Of a DNA stretch of 64,000 nt, positions 12,290 through 26,462 are shown in pieces. The notes below the pieces were generated by a model. The model ran no database searches, was not told where the DNA came from, and was given only the letters and a program-made list of their open reading frames with translations. The DNA is from Octopus vulgaris (taxonomy: Eukaryota), in NCBI GenBank assembly GCA_951406725.2, contig OX597825.1:58404001-58468000 (forward strand). Direction: 5' to 3'. How positions within the stretch are numbered: the first letter of the stretch is position 1; each line of letters starts with the position of its first letter. Both the position numbers and the translations under genes were made by a program.

Positions 12290-14460
12290 GTATTATAGCA
12301 TGGTGGACATTTTGAGGGGTTGTTTGTTGTATAGTGTTGGTGTGATGTGGAGTGGTGTGTAGGGGTGTTTGTGTAGTGTAGTGTTAGAGTGGTGCAGTGT
12401 TGTAGTGCATAGTGAGTGTGTTGGTATGATGTAGTATGGTAATTAGTTGTTTGTGTGATGTAGCGTGGTGTAGAGACGGACTTGTGATGGAGCACAGATG
12501 TGTTGTAGTGTAGTGTGGGCGAGTTGTGGTATAGTATGGATGTATTGTTACATAGCGGGATATTGTAGTGGTTCTGTAGTGTTACAGTGTAGTGGTGTAC
12601 GTATTGTATGTAGTACAATCTTTCAATTAAAAAAAAAACTACAAAGGTGTGATTTAAGAAAGAATTGGTTGCTATTTCTAACAGGTCCAGTAACCATGTA
12701 AAGGTGTATGTATTGGTATAGCTTTTTGGTGAAGGTTGTGGTACAATGTGTTGTGTTGCGTAATGGTGCAGTGCATTGTAGTATGGTATGTAGCGGTATG
12801 GCTTGGTGTGTAGTACTGTGATATGTGAGTATGTGTATGTTGTGACGTGTTATGCAGTTGTATAGCATGTGATATAGTACAATGTGGTGTTATTTGTTCT
12901 GGTATCTGATACTGTGGTTTAGTGTCAGATATAGTGTGAAGCCATGTAGTGGTAGGATAAGCTAAATGGTATTGTTTGCACAATGGATTAAGTGCGGTAT
13001 CACGTTTTAATTCAATGAAGGCGTGTGGCTGAGTGGTTAAGGTATTCGACTGGGGTTCGTAAGGTCGCGAGTTCGATGCCCGGCGGCGCTTTGCATCCTT
13101 GAGCAAGACACTTTATTTCACATTGCTCCAGTCCACTCAGTTGTTACCTTGAGTGTCACGCTGAGTCTCCCCTGAGAACTACGTTAAGGGTATGCGTATC
13201 TGTGGAGTGTTCAGCCGCTTGCACGTTAATTTCACGAGCAGGCTGTTCCGTTGGTCGGATCAGCAGGAAGACTCGTCGTCGTAACCGACGGAGTACCAGT
13301 TATACGTTTTAGTGCATTGGTGTCATGATATAGTGCAGTGCTGTCGTGTCTCTTCGGTAGTGTACGATGTCCTAGTGCAAGTGATATAGTATGGAGCTTG
13401 ATGCATAACGTATGTGCGCTTGTGTATTGTAGTGGTGTGGTGAAGTTCGATAGAGTGGAGTGTGGTTGTATGTGGTGTAATAATAGTACTTTGCTAGCTG
13501 ATGGTTTGTCGTGCAGTGTGATGCAGTATGACATAGGTATAGTTTAGAGTGGTGTGTGAAGAAATGTGGAGTGGCATGATGTGACCGAATAGTACGACAG
13601 GTGTGAAATGTTGTAGCGCAGTGTCTCTTGGTCTTATGATAAGGATGTTGTATTGTGTGAATGGGATGGAAGTATTTTATAATATACGCTGACATTTTAT
13701 AGTGTAGGTTTGTATGAGTAGTGCATTTGTATAGTGTGTTTATTTGTGAGTAGGGTGTGTGTGTATGTGAATGGGATGATGCGTATAGTCTGTATGTGTG
13801 TATATGTGTAGTGGTAGGATATGGTAGGCGAATGGTGAGTGTAGGTATATATATCGTAGTATTATAGCAGGATGTTGTGTAGTGGCCTCGAGGAGGGAAC
13901 AAATGTGATAGGATTTGATTCATGCGAATGGTGGAATGTAGTAAAATGAATGTTGGTCTTGCTGATGCTTGTTAGCTTTACATGAAAGGCAATCCAGCTA
14001 TGGCCATCTACTCATTTTGTTCGTATAAGACTACGTTGTCTAATGTATATGAGTGTTGTATAGCGTAGTACACAAGTCATCGCACAACACTATTATGACC
14101 AGCTGTATCAACATAAAGCAACATGGTACAACATTAAATTACACCATACATCACAACACAAAACGACATCACTTTACAACAGTACCCATCACACAACAAA
14201 ACATAAAACCACCACACAAACTAAAAACAATACTACTCCACAAAGTAAATACACACCATACAACACCATATAACAAACACCACTACACAATAAACACCAA
14301 CACCTCACTACGCAACAAACTCAACATCATACCACATAAACAATTTCATATTAACAAACAATCACATACCACAGAACAAATACAACACCATGACACAATG
14401 CCGCGTTACAATATCCAATGCTACAACACCACATAACAAACACAACTCTATATTACATTA
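12290..14460. repeat. Long degenerate GTAGT/GTGTG low-complexity tract, followed by its complement-like CA-rich tract
   Basis: G/T-rich on + from 12290 to ~13950, then A/C-rich (ACACCAC/ACAAC) at ~14090-14460. Confidence 0.75.
13018..13298 (+). mobile_element. tRNA-derived SINE
   Basis: GGCGTGTGGCTGAGTGGTTAAGG...GAGTTCGATGCCC head, CCTTGAGCAAGACACTT CORE-like domain; 3' half shared with 25084-25467. Confidence 0.85.
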
Positions 14461-14494
14461 TACAACATTATACCTTAAACACTAAAGTCTACAC

Positions 14495-14785
14495 CTGTGA
14501 TTCTCAACGGGGGCCCATATGATCCTTGGGGTCCGTATGAACCTCAAGGACCCATATGATCCCCAGAGGTCTCTAATAGGTTGTTAAAATTTATGTGCAA
14601 TAAATTGGTCATACTTTTACAATACACAAAATATTTTAACAATTTTTAAAATATAATTCCTTATAATATTTACTTATAAAAATATAATAGGATTTTTTAA
14701 AAAGCATCAAATGGCTATAAGGGTCTACCTGAATGAAATAGAAATCAGAGGTATCCAGAGGTAAAAAGATGAATGAGAATCCCTG
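14495..14785. mobile_element. hAT (Charlie-like) MITE
   Basis: Ends CTGTGATTCTCA...TGAGAATCCCTG; perfect 8-bp TSD GTCTACAC (14487-94 and 14786-93). Confidence 0.85.
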
Positions 14786-15237
14786 GTCTACACCCTAGCA
14801 TCTATATCTATATATGTATATATACCGCCCTCTCTCATATAGCACATGGTACGACACACGCTATGAAAACTGTGCCATACAAATAATAAGAAAAAGTTAA
14901 TGGATCCTCCGTTAATTACCATGATTAATAATACTGTTTTTCGATCAAATGAAGTGTCCAATCATTTAATTAGTGTCGGTGATTGAGCAGTCTTCCAAAC
15001 ACGTGTACCCGTACTGCAATCTTCAGATACAATCAGTGGGACACAATTTAACGCAGTGTCACAAGGTGTGATATTTAAATTGCAGGTACAGGCCATTCGA
15101 TGGACTTAGGGCGATCCTATGGCGGCTCTGGTAAAAAACATTCAAGTTGCTATGCAGTATAGATCGAACCCTAGACATCATGATTTGAGAAGCGAACTTC
15201 TTAACTACTCCGCATATACACAAGTATATGCACTATT

Positions 15238-15351
<114 letters not shown>

Positions 15352-15881
15352 AAGATGAGCTCATATTAGTATCCACATACATATGTATATATATATGTGT
15401 GTGTGTATAGATACACATGCATATATATATACACACATTTATATACACGCATATATATATATACGCATATATTCATGAATATATATATTCATATATATAG
15501 ACATACATAGTTATGTTTATGTACATATACGTGTATGTATACATAGGCGTATATATATATATATATATCAAAATAGGCATGGATATCCTAATTGCTTATT
15601 TTGATTGTAATCACCTCATTTTGAATTATATGGATAATACCATACTAAATTCTGGTGCCTTTAACCCAAGTACCATATTCAACTGAATCTATCTATATAC
15701 ATACATACATACATATATATATATATAAACATATACATGTATGTATTGATGTAATTCTACACACTTAAATAATAAATGGCACCCGTATTCTCTATTTCTC
15801 AATTGAAATACACAAGTTTTACATAACCATATCTAAACACATGCCTCTTCACATACGCACTTAGGTACATACACTCATAAG

Positions 15882-15922
<41 letters not shown>

Positions 15923-15934
15923 ATATATGTGTAA

Positions 15935-16300
15935 GCGCTGGTGTGGCTGTGTGGTTCCGGGTTCAGTCCCACTGCGTGGCACCTTGGGCAAGTGTCTTCT
16001 ACTATAGTCTCGGGCCGACCAAAGCCTTGTGAGTGGATTTAGTAGACGGAAACTGAAAGAAGCCCGTCGATAGATGTATGTGTGTTTATATGTTTGTTTG
16101 TCTGTGTTTGTCCCCCCCCCAACATCGCTTGACAACCAGTGCTGGTGTGTTTACGTCCCTGTACTGTAGCGGTTCGGCAAAAAAGACTGATAGAATAAGT
16201 ACTAGGCTTACAAAGGACTAAGTCCTACAGTCGATTTGCTCGACTAAAGGCGGTGCTCCAGCATGGCCACAATCAAATGACTGAAAAAGTAAAAAAAGAA
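15935..16300 (+). mobile_element. CORE-type SINE (family B)
   Basis: GGTTCCGGGTTCAGTCCCACTGCGTGGCACCTTGGGCAAGTGTCTTC...GGTGCTCCAGCATGGCC..AAATGACTGAAA; many copies in the window. Confidence 0.85.
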
Positions 16301-16543
16301 AAGAATAAAGAATAAAGAAATATATATAATATAATATAATATAATATAATATAATATATATATATATATATATATGGAGCGGACTGAGAGTATTAAGGGA
16401 CCTCGGGCATAGCTCTTCACCGGGCCCCTTAGCATTGATATCAAAGAGAGTTAACATGTAGAGTACGGGCCCTCGGGCAGTGCCCCATTGATCGACGGCT
16501 TCGTCCAGCCCTGCTGCATACCAATCTCTCCCTCTATGTCTCT

Positions 16544-16597
<54 letters not shown>

Positions 16598-16635
16598 ATG
16601 ATCTTATATAAACAATGGTCAGGTGCACAACTCGT

Positions 16636-17120
<485 letters not shown>

Positions 17121-17384
17121 TATGTGTGTGTGTTACCTCGCTCCTGCGTTTGTATATACCTCATCAAAATATCACCTGCATTTTCAAGCACACATTAAGT
17201 AGAAATCAACGCACTGGCACAAATATATACTAGCAGAGAGATGTATATTATAGAAATATTTAGGAAAAAATATATACACATACACTTACACAGATAGAGT
17301 TGTATAACCATAGATATGCAGCTAGACAACTAGTCCCTCATACATGTAACTACACACATACTCTCTTTACTCTTTACTCTTTAC

Positions 17385-18215
17385 TCTTTTACTTGTTTCA
17401 GTCATTTGACTGCGGCCATGCTGGAGCACCGCCTTTAGTCGAGCAAATCGACCCCGGGACTTATTCTTTGTAAGCCCAGTGCTTATTCTATCGGTCTCTT
17501 TTGCCGAACCGCTAAGTTACGGGGACGTAAACACACCAGCATCGGTTGTCAAGCAATGCTAGGGGGACAAACACAGACACACAAATACACACACACACAT
17601 ATACACACATATATATATATATATATATATACGACAGGCTTCTTTCAGTTTCCGTCTACCAAATCCACTCACAAGGCATTGGTCGGCCCGGGGCTATAGT
17701 AGAAGACACTTGCCCAAGATGCCACGCAGTGGGACTGAACCCGGAACCATGTGGTTGGTTAGCAAGCTACTTACCACACAGCCACTCCTGCGCTTATATA
17801 TACATATTCCATAATTCTTTTACTTGTTTCATATTCCATAATTCTTTTACTTGTTTCAGTTTTGACTGCAACCGTGCACCGCCTTTACTCGAAGAAATCG
17901 ACCCCAGGACTTATTCTTTTTAAACCTAGTACTTATTCTATTGGTCGCTTTTGCCGAACCGCTAAGTTACGGGGACGTAAGCACAACAATATCGGTTGTC
18001 GAGTTACGGTGGAGGACAAACAGACTCACACACACAAATATACATACGTATCTACATATACAACGGGCTTCTTTCAGTTTCCGTCTACCAAATCCACTCA
18101 CAAGACTTCTGCCGGCCCGAGGGCTATAGGAGAAGACACTTGCCAAGGTGCCACGCAGTAGGACTGAACCCGTAACCATGTGGTTAGGAAGCAAGCTTCT
18201 TACCTCACAACCATT
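17385..18215 (-). mobile_element. Two tandem CORE-type SINEs (family B)
   Basis: Two reverse-complement copies (17385-17793 and ~17840-18215) of the family at 42706 and 60104. Confidence 0.85.
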
Positions 18216-18702
18216 ATATATATATATATAGACACATATCTCATCATTATGTATATCAGTTCCTATATACAAAATTAAACTATAATTTAATTACATGTGT
18301 ATGTATGTGTCTATATATATATATATATAGTTTTTCCAGATATCCTGTGATATACCCACATCATCAGTAATATTTCCTGGGGTCATGAGGTGTTTCGGGT
18401 CTTTCAGTAATCAGGCACTGTCACCGAGTTGACCCAGCCAGGGTTTGGTTTAAGCTGTAGCTTGTCTCCAGTTTGCGCTACCCTGGGTAACACAACACTA
18501 CCCCTGCCAAGGTTTATACCACCTGATCCACGGCAGCCCTAAAGCAACTTTTGCTACCCCCATAGCCAAGAAGATTGTTTTTCACAGCGTACAGGCCATT
18601 GTGATGTGTTATTTTTATTTCTTAGTATTTTCTTATTTTTTAGTAATAATGCTAACAGTATTTGTATCAATTACTGTTACCTATCAAACTTTAAAAGTTA
18701 TG

Positions 18703-18793
<91 letters not shown>

Positions 18794-18864
18794 TGTATGT
18801 TTGTATGTATGAATGCATGCGTAGTCTGTAGGCATGTATTGTACATTATACACGTGCATATGCA

Positions 18865-18895
<31 letters not shown>

Positions 18896-18951
18896 ATACA
18901 TGTGCGTGTGTGTATATTTGTATATATGTTTGTGTGTGTATGTGTATATGT

Positions 18952-18995
<44 letters not shown>

Positions 18996-19719
18996 TTGTG
19001 TGTGTTTTATGTACAACTTGCACGACGGGACACCTTCATCAGAAGCCTTTCCGCTGACTGGCCATCATAACTATCTTCATATCTTCCGATATGTTACCGC
19101 CAGCGGTCCTGAATTAATGATGCTACCAGGGAATGTCCGGGATCTTTTGACCTACACTGTTGCATGCATTTCCCGTGATCCATGCAACCACTATAGTAAA
19201 CTTACTGCTGTTCTAATCATTCCAAACAAGCAGCAAATATCTTGTTTGCTTGCTGATAATTCATACCTTGCTCTCAACTTTGGCTTCATTTTCTCTCTGC
19301 CTCTGTCTGTCTATCTCAAATAATCCCATTCTACATCCAGGACGAAGCGTTTGATGCACTTCCTAAGTCTAAGGTCATTCAGGTAAGAATCCGTGGATCT
19401 TACCCATAAACCTCACGTCATCCCACCTCTACCGGAAGCACTGTAGACTGCTATCGAGCGTGTCCACACGATTTCCAAAGGTTTGTCTTCATAATTTAGG
19501 GTTTTACTCGTCCGCTCCATTTTGCCCTTTCAACACCACGCCACCCCGACTCGAATTTTGTTTTGCTTGTTAAGTCAGACTAACATAAAGGTCAATGTGT
19601 TTACTTTGTTATTGCAATATGGTTATGTGGTTGGGTAGCTAGAACGTTCTCTTCGAATCTCTTTACATTACCCAGTCATCAATACTGTGCCATGCATGCA
19701 TATATGTGTGTGTATGTGT

Positions 19720-19865
19720 GTTCTCCTATGTTTCCGACGAAGAGCTCCGCTCGAAACGTCAAACCCTCCTTCTTCCCTTCTTTCCTGAGCGTCCAATAAT
19801 ACTCTATTTGTTCCACCTCCTTGCGTTGTTGTGTTTTTTTTGTTTTTGTTTTCTTGTTTGGATTA

Positions 19866-19868
<3 letters not shown>
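19720..19868 (+). mobile_element. Penelope-like pLTR remnant with minimal hammerhead-like motif (19730-19764)
   Basis: GTTT-CCGACGA-A-GAGC(TCC)GCTC-GAAAC-GTC-AAAC; ends GTTTGGATTAA followed by (TA)n; copies at 23985 and 45410. Confidence 0.6.
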
Positions 19869-19934
<66 letters not shown>

Positions 19935-20543
19935 TGTGTATTTATGTAGGTATATGTATGAATGGTTATATATATATATATTCTTTTATTCTTTTACATG
20001 TTTCAGCATTGAAGCGAATTTATATATACAGTGTACCACCGCTTATTCGCGGAACTAATAATTGTTCACGGAAACCCCCGCATATTCGCGGAATCGTAAA
20101 CATCGTCCGCGATTTTTATAGCTTTCTTCGTGGCAATATATATATATTTTCCACACTTTTTGAAGCTAAATCATTATTAACAATATACCGTATTCGCCGG
20201 CTTACTGGACGCCACTTCGCAGCTGAAGCCACTTCTGATTAGAATAGTCGTGTATCATTGCGTTTGATTGTTTTAGATACAAGTACACTATATCTTGTAT
20301 CTCCTACTCCTGCTTTTAATCAAAGCTTTCTAATTACTACAACGACATCTATCTATATTTTACACATACACACTTCCTCTCCCTCTCTCGCTGTATTTGT
20401 CTCTCAACATCTCATTGCAGTGAAAGCACACACACACACACACACACATATATATAATGTATATATATATATGTATATTTATACACATGCATACAGTGTA
20501 TAGCACCAGTATTATTTGGGCTAGCGATGGCAGATCAAAGATA

Positions 20544-21831
20544 TAAGGTCATCCCATAAGTTCTGTTCGATTTTACCTTTTTAAAATTGAATGAAATTTA
20601 ATAGTATTTAAGAATGTCTAATGGAATTTTAAATTATTTTTATGCATTTGTTGTGTACATTTAAACTAATTAAATATTATATTACAGAATAATAGAATTT
20701 AAATTTCTTCCATTAAAACCCTTTCTAACATGGAAGTATCCAAAGAGCATTTATGGCACATAATGCTTTATGAGTACAAAAAAGAAAACTCTGGAGCTGA
20801 AGCGACTCGAAACATACACTTAGTTTATGGGAAAGAATGCTTGAATGAAAGAACTTGCAGAAGATGGTTTGCAAAACTTAGAAGTGCAGATTTCAGCCTT
20901 GAAGATGAAGAACGAACAGGACGTCCAGTTGAGTTTGATGATAAGCTCCTTGAGGCATTACTTGAAGAAAATCCTGCATTATCAGTTGAAGAATTGGCAA
21001 TAAAGCTTAGTTCAAACCATACAACTGTTCATCGTCATCTTCAACAACTTGGAAAAGTTCATAAACTTGGAAAATGGGTGCTTCATGAATTGTCCGAAAG
21101 CAACCGCAAATCCCGAGTTGACATCTGCCCTTCTCTCCATTCTCGCGAACTCATTTCACCCTTTTTGTATAGACTTGTGACTGGTGACGAAAAATGGATC
21201 TTCTATCGAAATGTTAAACGTCGTAAACAGTGGCTTGGTAAAAGGGAAAATGCTCAACCACAACCGAGAAGGGAACTTCATGGGAAAAAGGTTCTTCTCT
21301 CTATCTGGTGGGATTGCAAAGGAGTAATTCACTTTGAATTGTTACCACCTAATGCAACAATCAATGCTCAAGTCTACTGTCAGCAATTAGAACGTTTGAA
21401 CCAAGCTTTGAAGAAAACAAGACCCGCTTTAGTGAATCGAAAAGGAATGATGCTTCATCAGGACAATGCGTGACCCCACACTGCAAAGGTCACATCACAG
21501 AAGATCAAAGGGCTTGGTTTGGAAAAAATTCCTCATCCATCCTATTCTCCCGACCTTGCTCCTTCAAACTACCATTTGTTTCATAGTTTACACATTCATC
21601 TGTGGGGCATAACTTTCGCAAGCCAGGAGGAGATTGAAACTGACATCAGAGTTCTTCTCTTTGAAACCAAAAGAGTTTTACATTGATGGGATTAAAAAGT
21701 TTGGAAATAGATGGAAGGAAGTCATAGATAATCAGGGAAAGTACATTGATGATTAAATTTCAATTAAATATAACATTTCATCACTTGTTTTCTTTATGGA
21801 AAATTCGGACAGAACTTATGGGATGACCTGA
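20544..21831 (+). mobile_element. Full-length mariner (DD34D) transposon, copy 1, 1288 bp
   Basis: 27-bp TIRs TAAGGTCATCCCATAAGTTCTGTTCGA / TCGGACAGAACTTATGGGATGACCTGA; TA target duplication. Confidence 0.95.
20730..21756 (+). pseudogene. Mariner transposase pseudogene (copy 1)
   Basis: HTH region, WVLHEL, VTGDEKW and HQDNA motifs, then a CGA>TGA stop at 21471-73; SPDLAPSN (third catalytic D>N); 2-bp deletion near 21645. Confidence 0.95.
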
Positions 21832-22184
21832 TATATACAACACAAGACTGAATGTTAATTTTATACCAGCGCTTTTTTTAAAATCATCGCTACATTTGAT
21901 CATACACTGTCCATTTCAACAGGGCAATTTTTATGGTTGTGATCCAATATAGCCTCATTGAAATTAGGTTTCTAGTGGTAATACGAACTAAATTTTTCAA
22001 AACCATGATTACTTTTAATATCTGCGCAATTTCCCATTGGTGATATGCGCATATTAAACAAAAAGAAGGTTTTGTAGGTTTTTTTGTGTGTGTGTGTGTG
22101 TGGGGGGGGGGACTGCGTCCAGTAGCTATCTCAAATATTTTGTTGAGTGCCGTGTTTTTCGTAGCGTGTTATTAAAGCCCTAAG

Positions 22185-23840
22185 ATGCCGCCCAAACGCG
22201 CTACACCTTTTAAGCGCCAGAAAAAGGTTATGATGCTCCATGATAAGGCACAACGGCTGGATATGTTCCGGGAAGGTAAAAGTTATGTTGCAGTAAGTCG
22301 CTATTATGTTGTCAATGAAAACACCATACGCTACATATGAACGAGGTGGCGATCAGGACTCCCGTAGTAGTAAGTTTTTGTGAAAGTACCAAATAGTGAG
22401 AAATAAGCATTTCGTCAGGATGGAATCTGCCTTGGCATTATGGATCAGTGACTACAAGAAGAAAAACATCCCCTTGAGCGGTAACATCATTCGCGATAAA
22501 GCGCTGAAGTTACTAGCTGTTCGACAGAGGATACGGCATAGAAGGCACCGAAGAACAGCAACCAAGACCATTGACAACACTGGAGCTTGAATATTCTCAA
22601 GCCAGCAAAGGATGGTTTGATCGTTTACAGAAACGGTTTAAAATAAAGTGTGTTTCTCTACGCGGAGAGACAGCATCAGCCGACTAAGAAGTTGCCGAGA
22701 AGTACCTCGAGACCTTCAGGCAGATCATCGAGGACAAGGGATACAAGCCGGAACAGGTTTTCAATATGGACGAGACTAGCTTTTTCTGGAAGAAGATGCC
22801 TTCCAGAAAGTACATCATGAAGGACGAAGCCAGAGCCCCAGGATTTAAGGCACATAAGGACTGAGTGACACTAATATGTGGCTATGCTGCTGGTTTCATG
22901 ATGAAACCAGGATTTATCCGCAAGTCCGCGAACCCGAGGGCCTTCAAAAATACGAATAAAAACCTGCTACCTGTCTACTGGATGCACAACCTCAAGACCT
23001 GAATTACCAACAGTCTAACTTTTAATTGGTTCCATCAGTGCCTTATTCCTCAAGCCAATGAATACCTTTACAATCTATGTATGGAATTCAAGGTGTTGAT
23101 TATTATGGATAATGCTGGTGGTCACTCTTCGGATTTGAATCACGAGGGAGTCCAAGTCGAGTTCCTCCCTGCCAATAACACTTCCCTCTTTGAGCCTATG
23201 GATCAAGGCGTGATCCGTGCTGTCAAGGCACTTTACACTCGGAACTCTCCAACACCTTGTGGATGCAATGGGTTCGGACGAGAATTTCAAGTTATAGGAG
23301 TACTGGCGTAACTTCACGATTGCAGCGTGACTGTCAGTCATCCACGCTGCTCTTAAAAACATGAAAAAAGAAACCCTCATCGCATGCTGGAAGATGTGGC
23401 CAGAGTGGGTCCAGGACTACGAGGGCTTCTCACATGAAGATAGTCAGCACGAGGCTAACAACAATGCAGTGAAAATTGGAAAAGGTACTTGGTGGCGAAG
23501 GTTTTGACGACATCACGCTGAAACCCTGACAGAGGAAGATTTGTTGGAATTAACGAAGTCTGCCAGCGAAGAGGAGGAAGTGCCAGATCCAGAGGAATAG
23601 GAGAATGAGGTGGGCCTGGCAAGGGAAGGGGAAGCATGGGATCACTATATGGTTCGGTCTCACCAATTTAAAAATGCCATCGATGCTGCTACGCGGACAT
23701 ATAAAACTGTCCTCACCGCCATGAAAAAACAACGACAGCGACTTCCCATCACAATGTGCCTCAAGCCCACCAAGAAAACCTTGCACAAAGATACATCCCT
23801 TAAAACACCCGAAGAAGAGGCGTCACCTGAAGAGCTTTAA
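22185..23840 (+). pseudogene. Tigger/pogo-family transposase pseudogene (CENP-B HTH + DDE_1, DD30D)
   Basis: Fragments MPPKR..KRQKKVM, ASKGWFDR, YKPEQVFNMDETSFFWKKMP, KVLIIMDNAGGH and FLPANNTSLFEPMDQGVI; multiple stops and frameshifts. Confidence 0.92.
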
Positions 23841-23984
23841 AGCTTCTTTGCTGTGCAATCATTACCTTCATTATTTTCATCATCATCGTCTTAAATCAAT
23901 ATCATTCACTTTTGGTGAATAACTGTACATTTTACTTTATTTTTTTATTAAATTATTATTATTTACTATATATATATATATATA

Positions 23985-24182
23985 TCTCGTGAGCACCGCC
24001 AGCAATTTCTTTTCCTCTGTCTTCCCTTCTCGCGATCTTTCCTTCTCCTTTGTTTCCGACGAAGAGCTCCGCTCGAAACGTTAAACCCTCCTTCTTCCCT
24101 TCTTTCCTGAGCGTCGAATAATACTTCATTTGTTCCACGTCCTCGCGTTGCTGTGTTTTTTTGTGTTTTCCTGTTTGGATTA

Positions 24183-24187
<5 letters not shown>
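23985..24187 (+). mobile_element. Penelope-like pLTR remnant with minimal hammerhead-like motif (24052-24086)
   Basis: GTTT-CCGACGA-A-GAGC(TCC)GCTC-GAAAC-GTT-AAAC; (TA)n on both sides; inserted in the Tigger 3' region. Confidence 0.6.
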
Positions 24188-24245
<58 letters not shown>

Positions 24246-24523
24246 CGTCATATTTTGACATTTATAGGCATTTTTGTGGACCACGTCCAATATTCGCAGT
24301 TTTTCACTATTCGCGGGTGGTCCAGGAACGTAACCCCCGCGAATACCGAGGGACTACTGTACATATATACACACACATACAAGTTCAACATTTATATACA
24401 CACACACACACACATATATACATACACACATGCACTTTCAAATTTATATACGTATACTATACTTCGACGCACACACGCCCTCAAAAGTGTACGTCTGTCT
24501 GTCTGTCTCTGTCTCTCTCTTTC

Positions 24524-24586
<63 letters not shown>

Positions 24587-25083
24587 CCATCTATCTATTT
24601 GTCCATCTGTCTATCTATCTATCTTTGTGTTTGTCCCCGACCACCACTTGACAACCGGTGTTGGTATGTTTACGTCCCTGTGTGGTTCAGCAAAAGAGAC
24701 TGATAGAATAAGTATAAGGCTTAAAAATAAAATAGGTACTGCGAGGTCGATTCGTTCGACTAAAAAGATGTGTCTGTCTGTCCGTCTGTCCATCCATCCA
24801 TCTCTTTCTCTCATTCTCTCTCTATCTCTCTGTTTATCTATCTACCTATCTATCTGTCTGTATCTAAATTTTCGAGGACTAGGGAAATTTTTTTTATCAG
24901 TATGGAAGTAATGCAAGTTTGATAGTATTAAGACGACAACTCTCTGTTGCTACTCCGATTTTCATGATTCTTCGCTGATATCAGCAAAGAACTGCAGAAC
25001 TACATGTTGCATCGGAGAGCCGTCTCTGCACTGCATGCGTGTGTGTGTGTGTTTGCATACATGCATGTTTATGTTATGTACAA

Positions 25084-25467
25084 GTGGAGGCGCAATGGCC
25101 CAATGGTTAGGGCAGCGGACTCGCGGTCGTAGGATCACGGTTTCGATTCCCAGACCGGGCGTTGTGAGTGTTTATTGAGCGAAAACACCTAAAGCTCCAC
25201 GAGGCTCCGGCAGGGATGGTGGTGATCCCTGCTGTACTCTTTCACCACAACTTTCTCTCACTCTTACTTCCTGTTTCTGTTGCGCCTGTATTTCAAAGGG
25301 CCAGCCTTGTCACTCTCTGTGTCACGCTGAATATCCCCGAGAACTACGTTAAGGGTACACGTGTCTGTGGAGTGCTCAGCCACTTACACGTTAATTTCAC
25401 GAGCAGGCTGTTCCGTTGATCGGATCAATCGGAACCCTCGTCGTCGTAACCGACGGAGTGCTTCCAA
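25084..25467 (+). mobile_element. tRNA-derived SINE with 13-bp TSD
   Basis: GGAGGCGCAATGGCCCAATGGTTAGG...GTTTCGATTCCC head; TSD ATGTTATGTACAA at 25071-83 and 25468-80. Confidence 0.9.
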
Positions 25468-26067
25468 ATGTTATGTACAATTTTCACTAAGAAACTCATA
25501 CTAGAAGTGCCGAGTAGGGATTGCAACGATTTCGTTTATCCATCGATTGTATCGTTCCTGCTATCAGTGCCGAGTAGTATTGATGCTAACAGGCAATGCC
25601 CGGGTTCTTTAGTGCACACTATAGGACAATTTTTGTTTTGTTATCTATACAGCTACCCCGCCAAACCGTGTACAACTGTACCCACCCCATACACACACCA
25701 ATTGTTTTGTTTTACTAAACGCTAAAGCAGAGGTTCCCAACCGTATTTTTCTTCTCCCACAGACCGGGGAATCACGTGAATAACAGAACAGATTAAGGTG
25801 CATAATATATATTTCAATTATTACATCATCATCGTCAGTATCATCATCATCGTCAACATTTAACATCCGTTTTCCATGCTGGGATGGGTTGGACGGCTCG
25901 ACAGGAACTAGTAAGGCCTGGGGTGGCACCATTTACCATAGTCCGTTTTGGCTTGGTTTCTACGGCTGGATGCCCTTCCTGACGCACACCACTTCACAGA
26001 GTGTACTGGGTGCTTTTTACATGGCACCAGTACCAATTACATATATAATACATACGTACATACATAC

Positions 26068-26117
<50 letters not shown>

Positions 26118-26399
26118 ACAATTGAGGGTAAAATTAATTAATTAATCAATTTCACCAAGTGTTCAGTATGTAAAAGGACCATTTAAGGCGAATTCAAAAT
26201 ATTACATTATATAATTAGGGCTTAGTAAAATAAATTACTTTGCCACATACTGAACTTAGTAGAAATAGCAGCCAAAAAATTTTTTTTTTTCTTAGCATTT
26301 CTACTACTTAAAGAAAATTTCTCTCAGATAATGTTTACTCCAGACAGCTCACGAAGGTTTGGGGGTAAATACAGAAAAATATCACAAGTACATAGATCG

Positions 26400-26462
26400 T
26401 TTGAGTACGTCAACGTTTCAAGATTAGCCAAATAAAATCAGCATTTCTTTCGTCAGCTCAAA
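26400..26462 (-). ncRNA. Type I hammerhead ribozyme (predicted)
   Basis: Reverse complement of the 27155-27217 motif. Confidence 0.75.

Larger units (their letters stand above)
20029..24359 (+). mobile_element. Tigger/pogo DNA transposon (decayed) with nested mariner and pLTR insertions
   Basis: TA-CAGTGTACCACCGCTTATTCGCGG at left and CCGCGAATACCGAGGGACTACTG-TA at right (imperfect TIRs); internal transposase remnant. The left boundary is less certain. Confidence 0.7.

Noticed and set aside
18400-18545. Possible HDV-like ribozyme on the minus strand (GCTGCC/GGTAGC, GGGTA/TACCC stems)
   Set aside because: I could not assign P2, P1.1 or the catalytic C.
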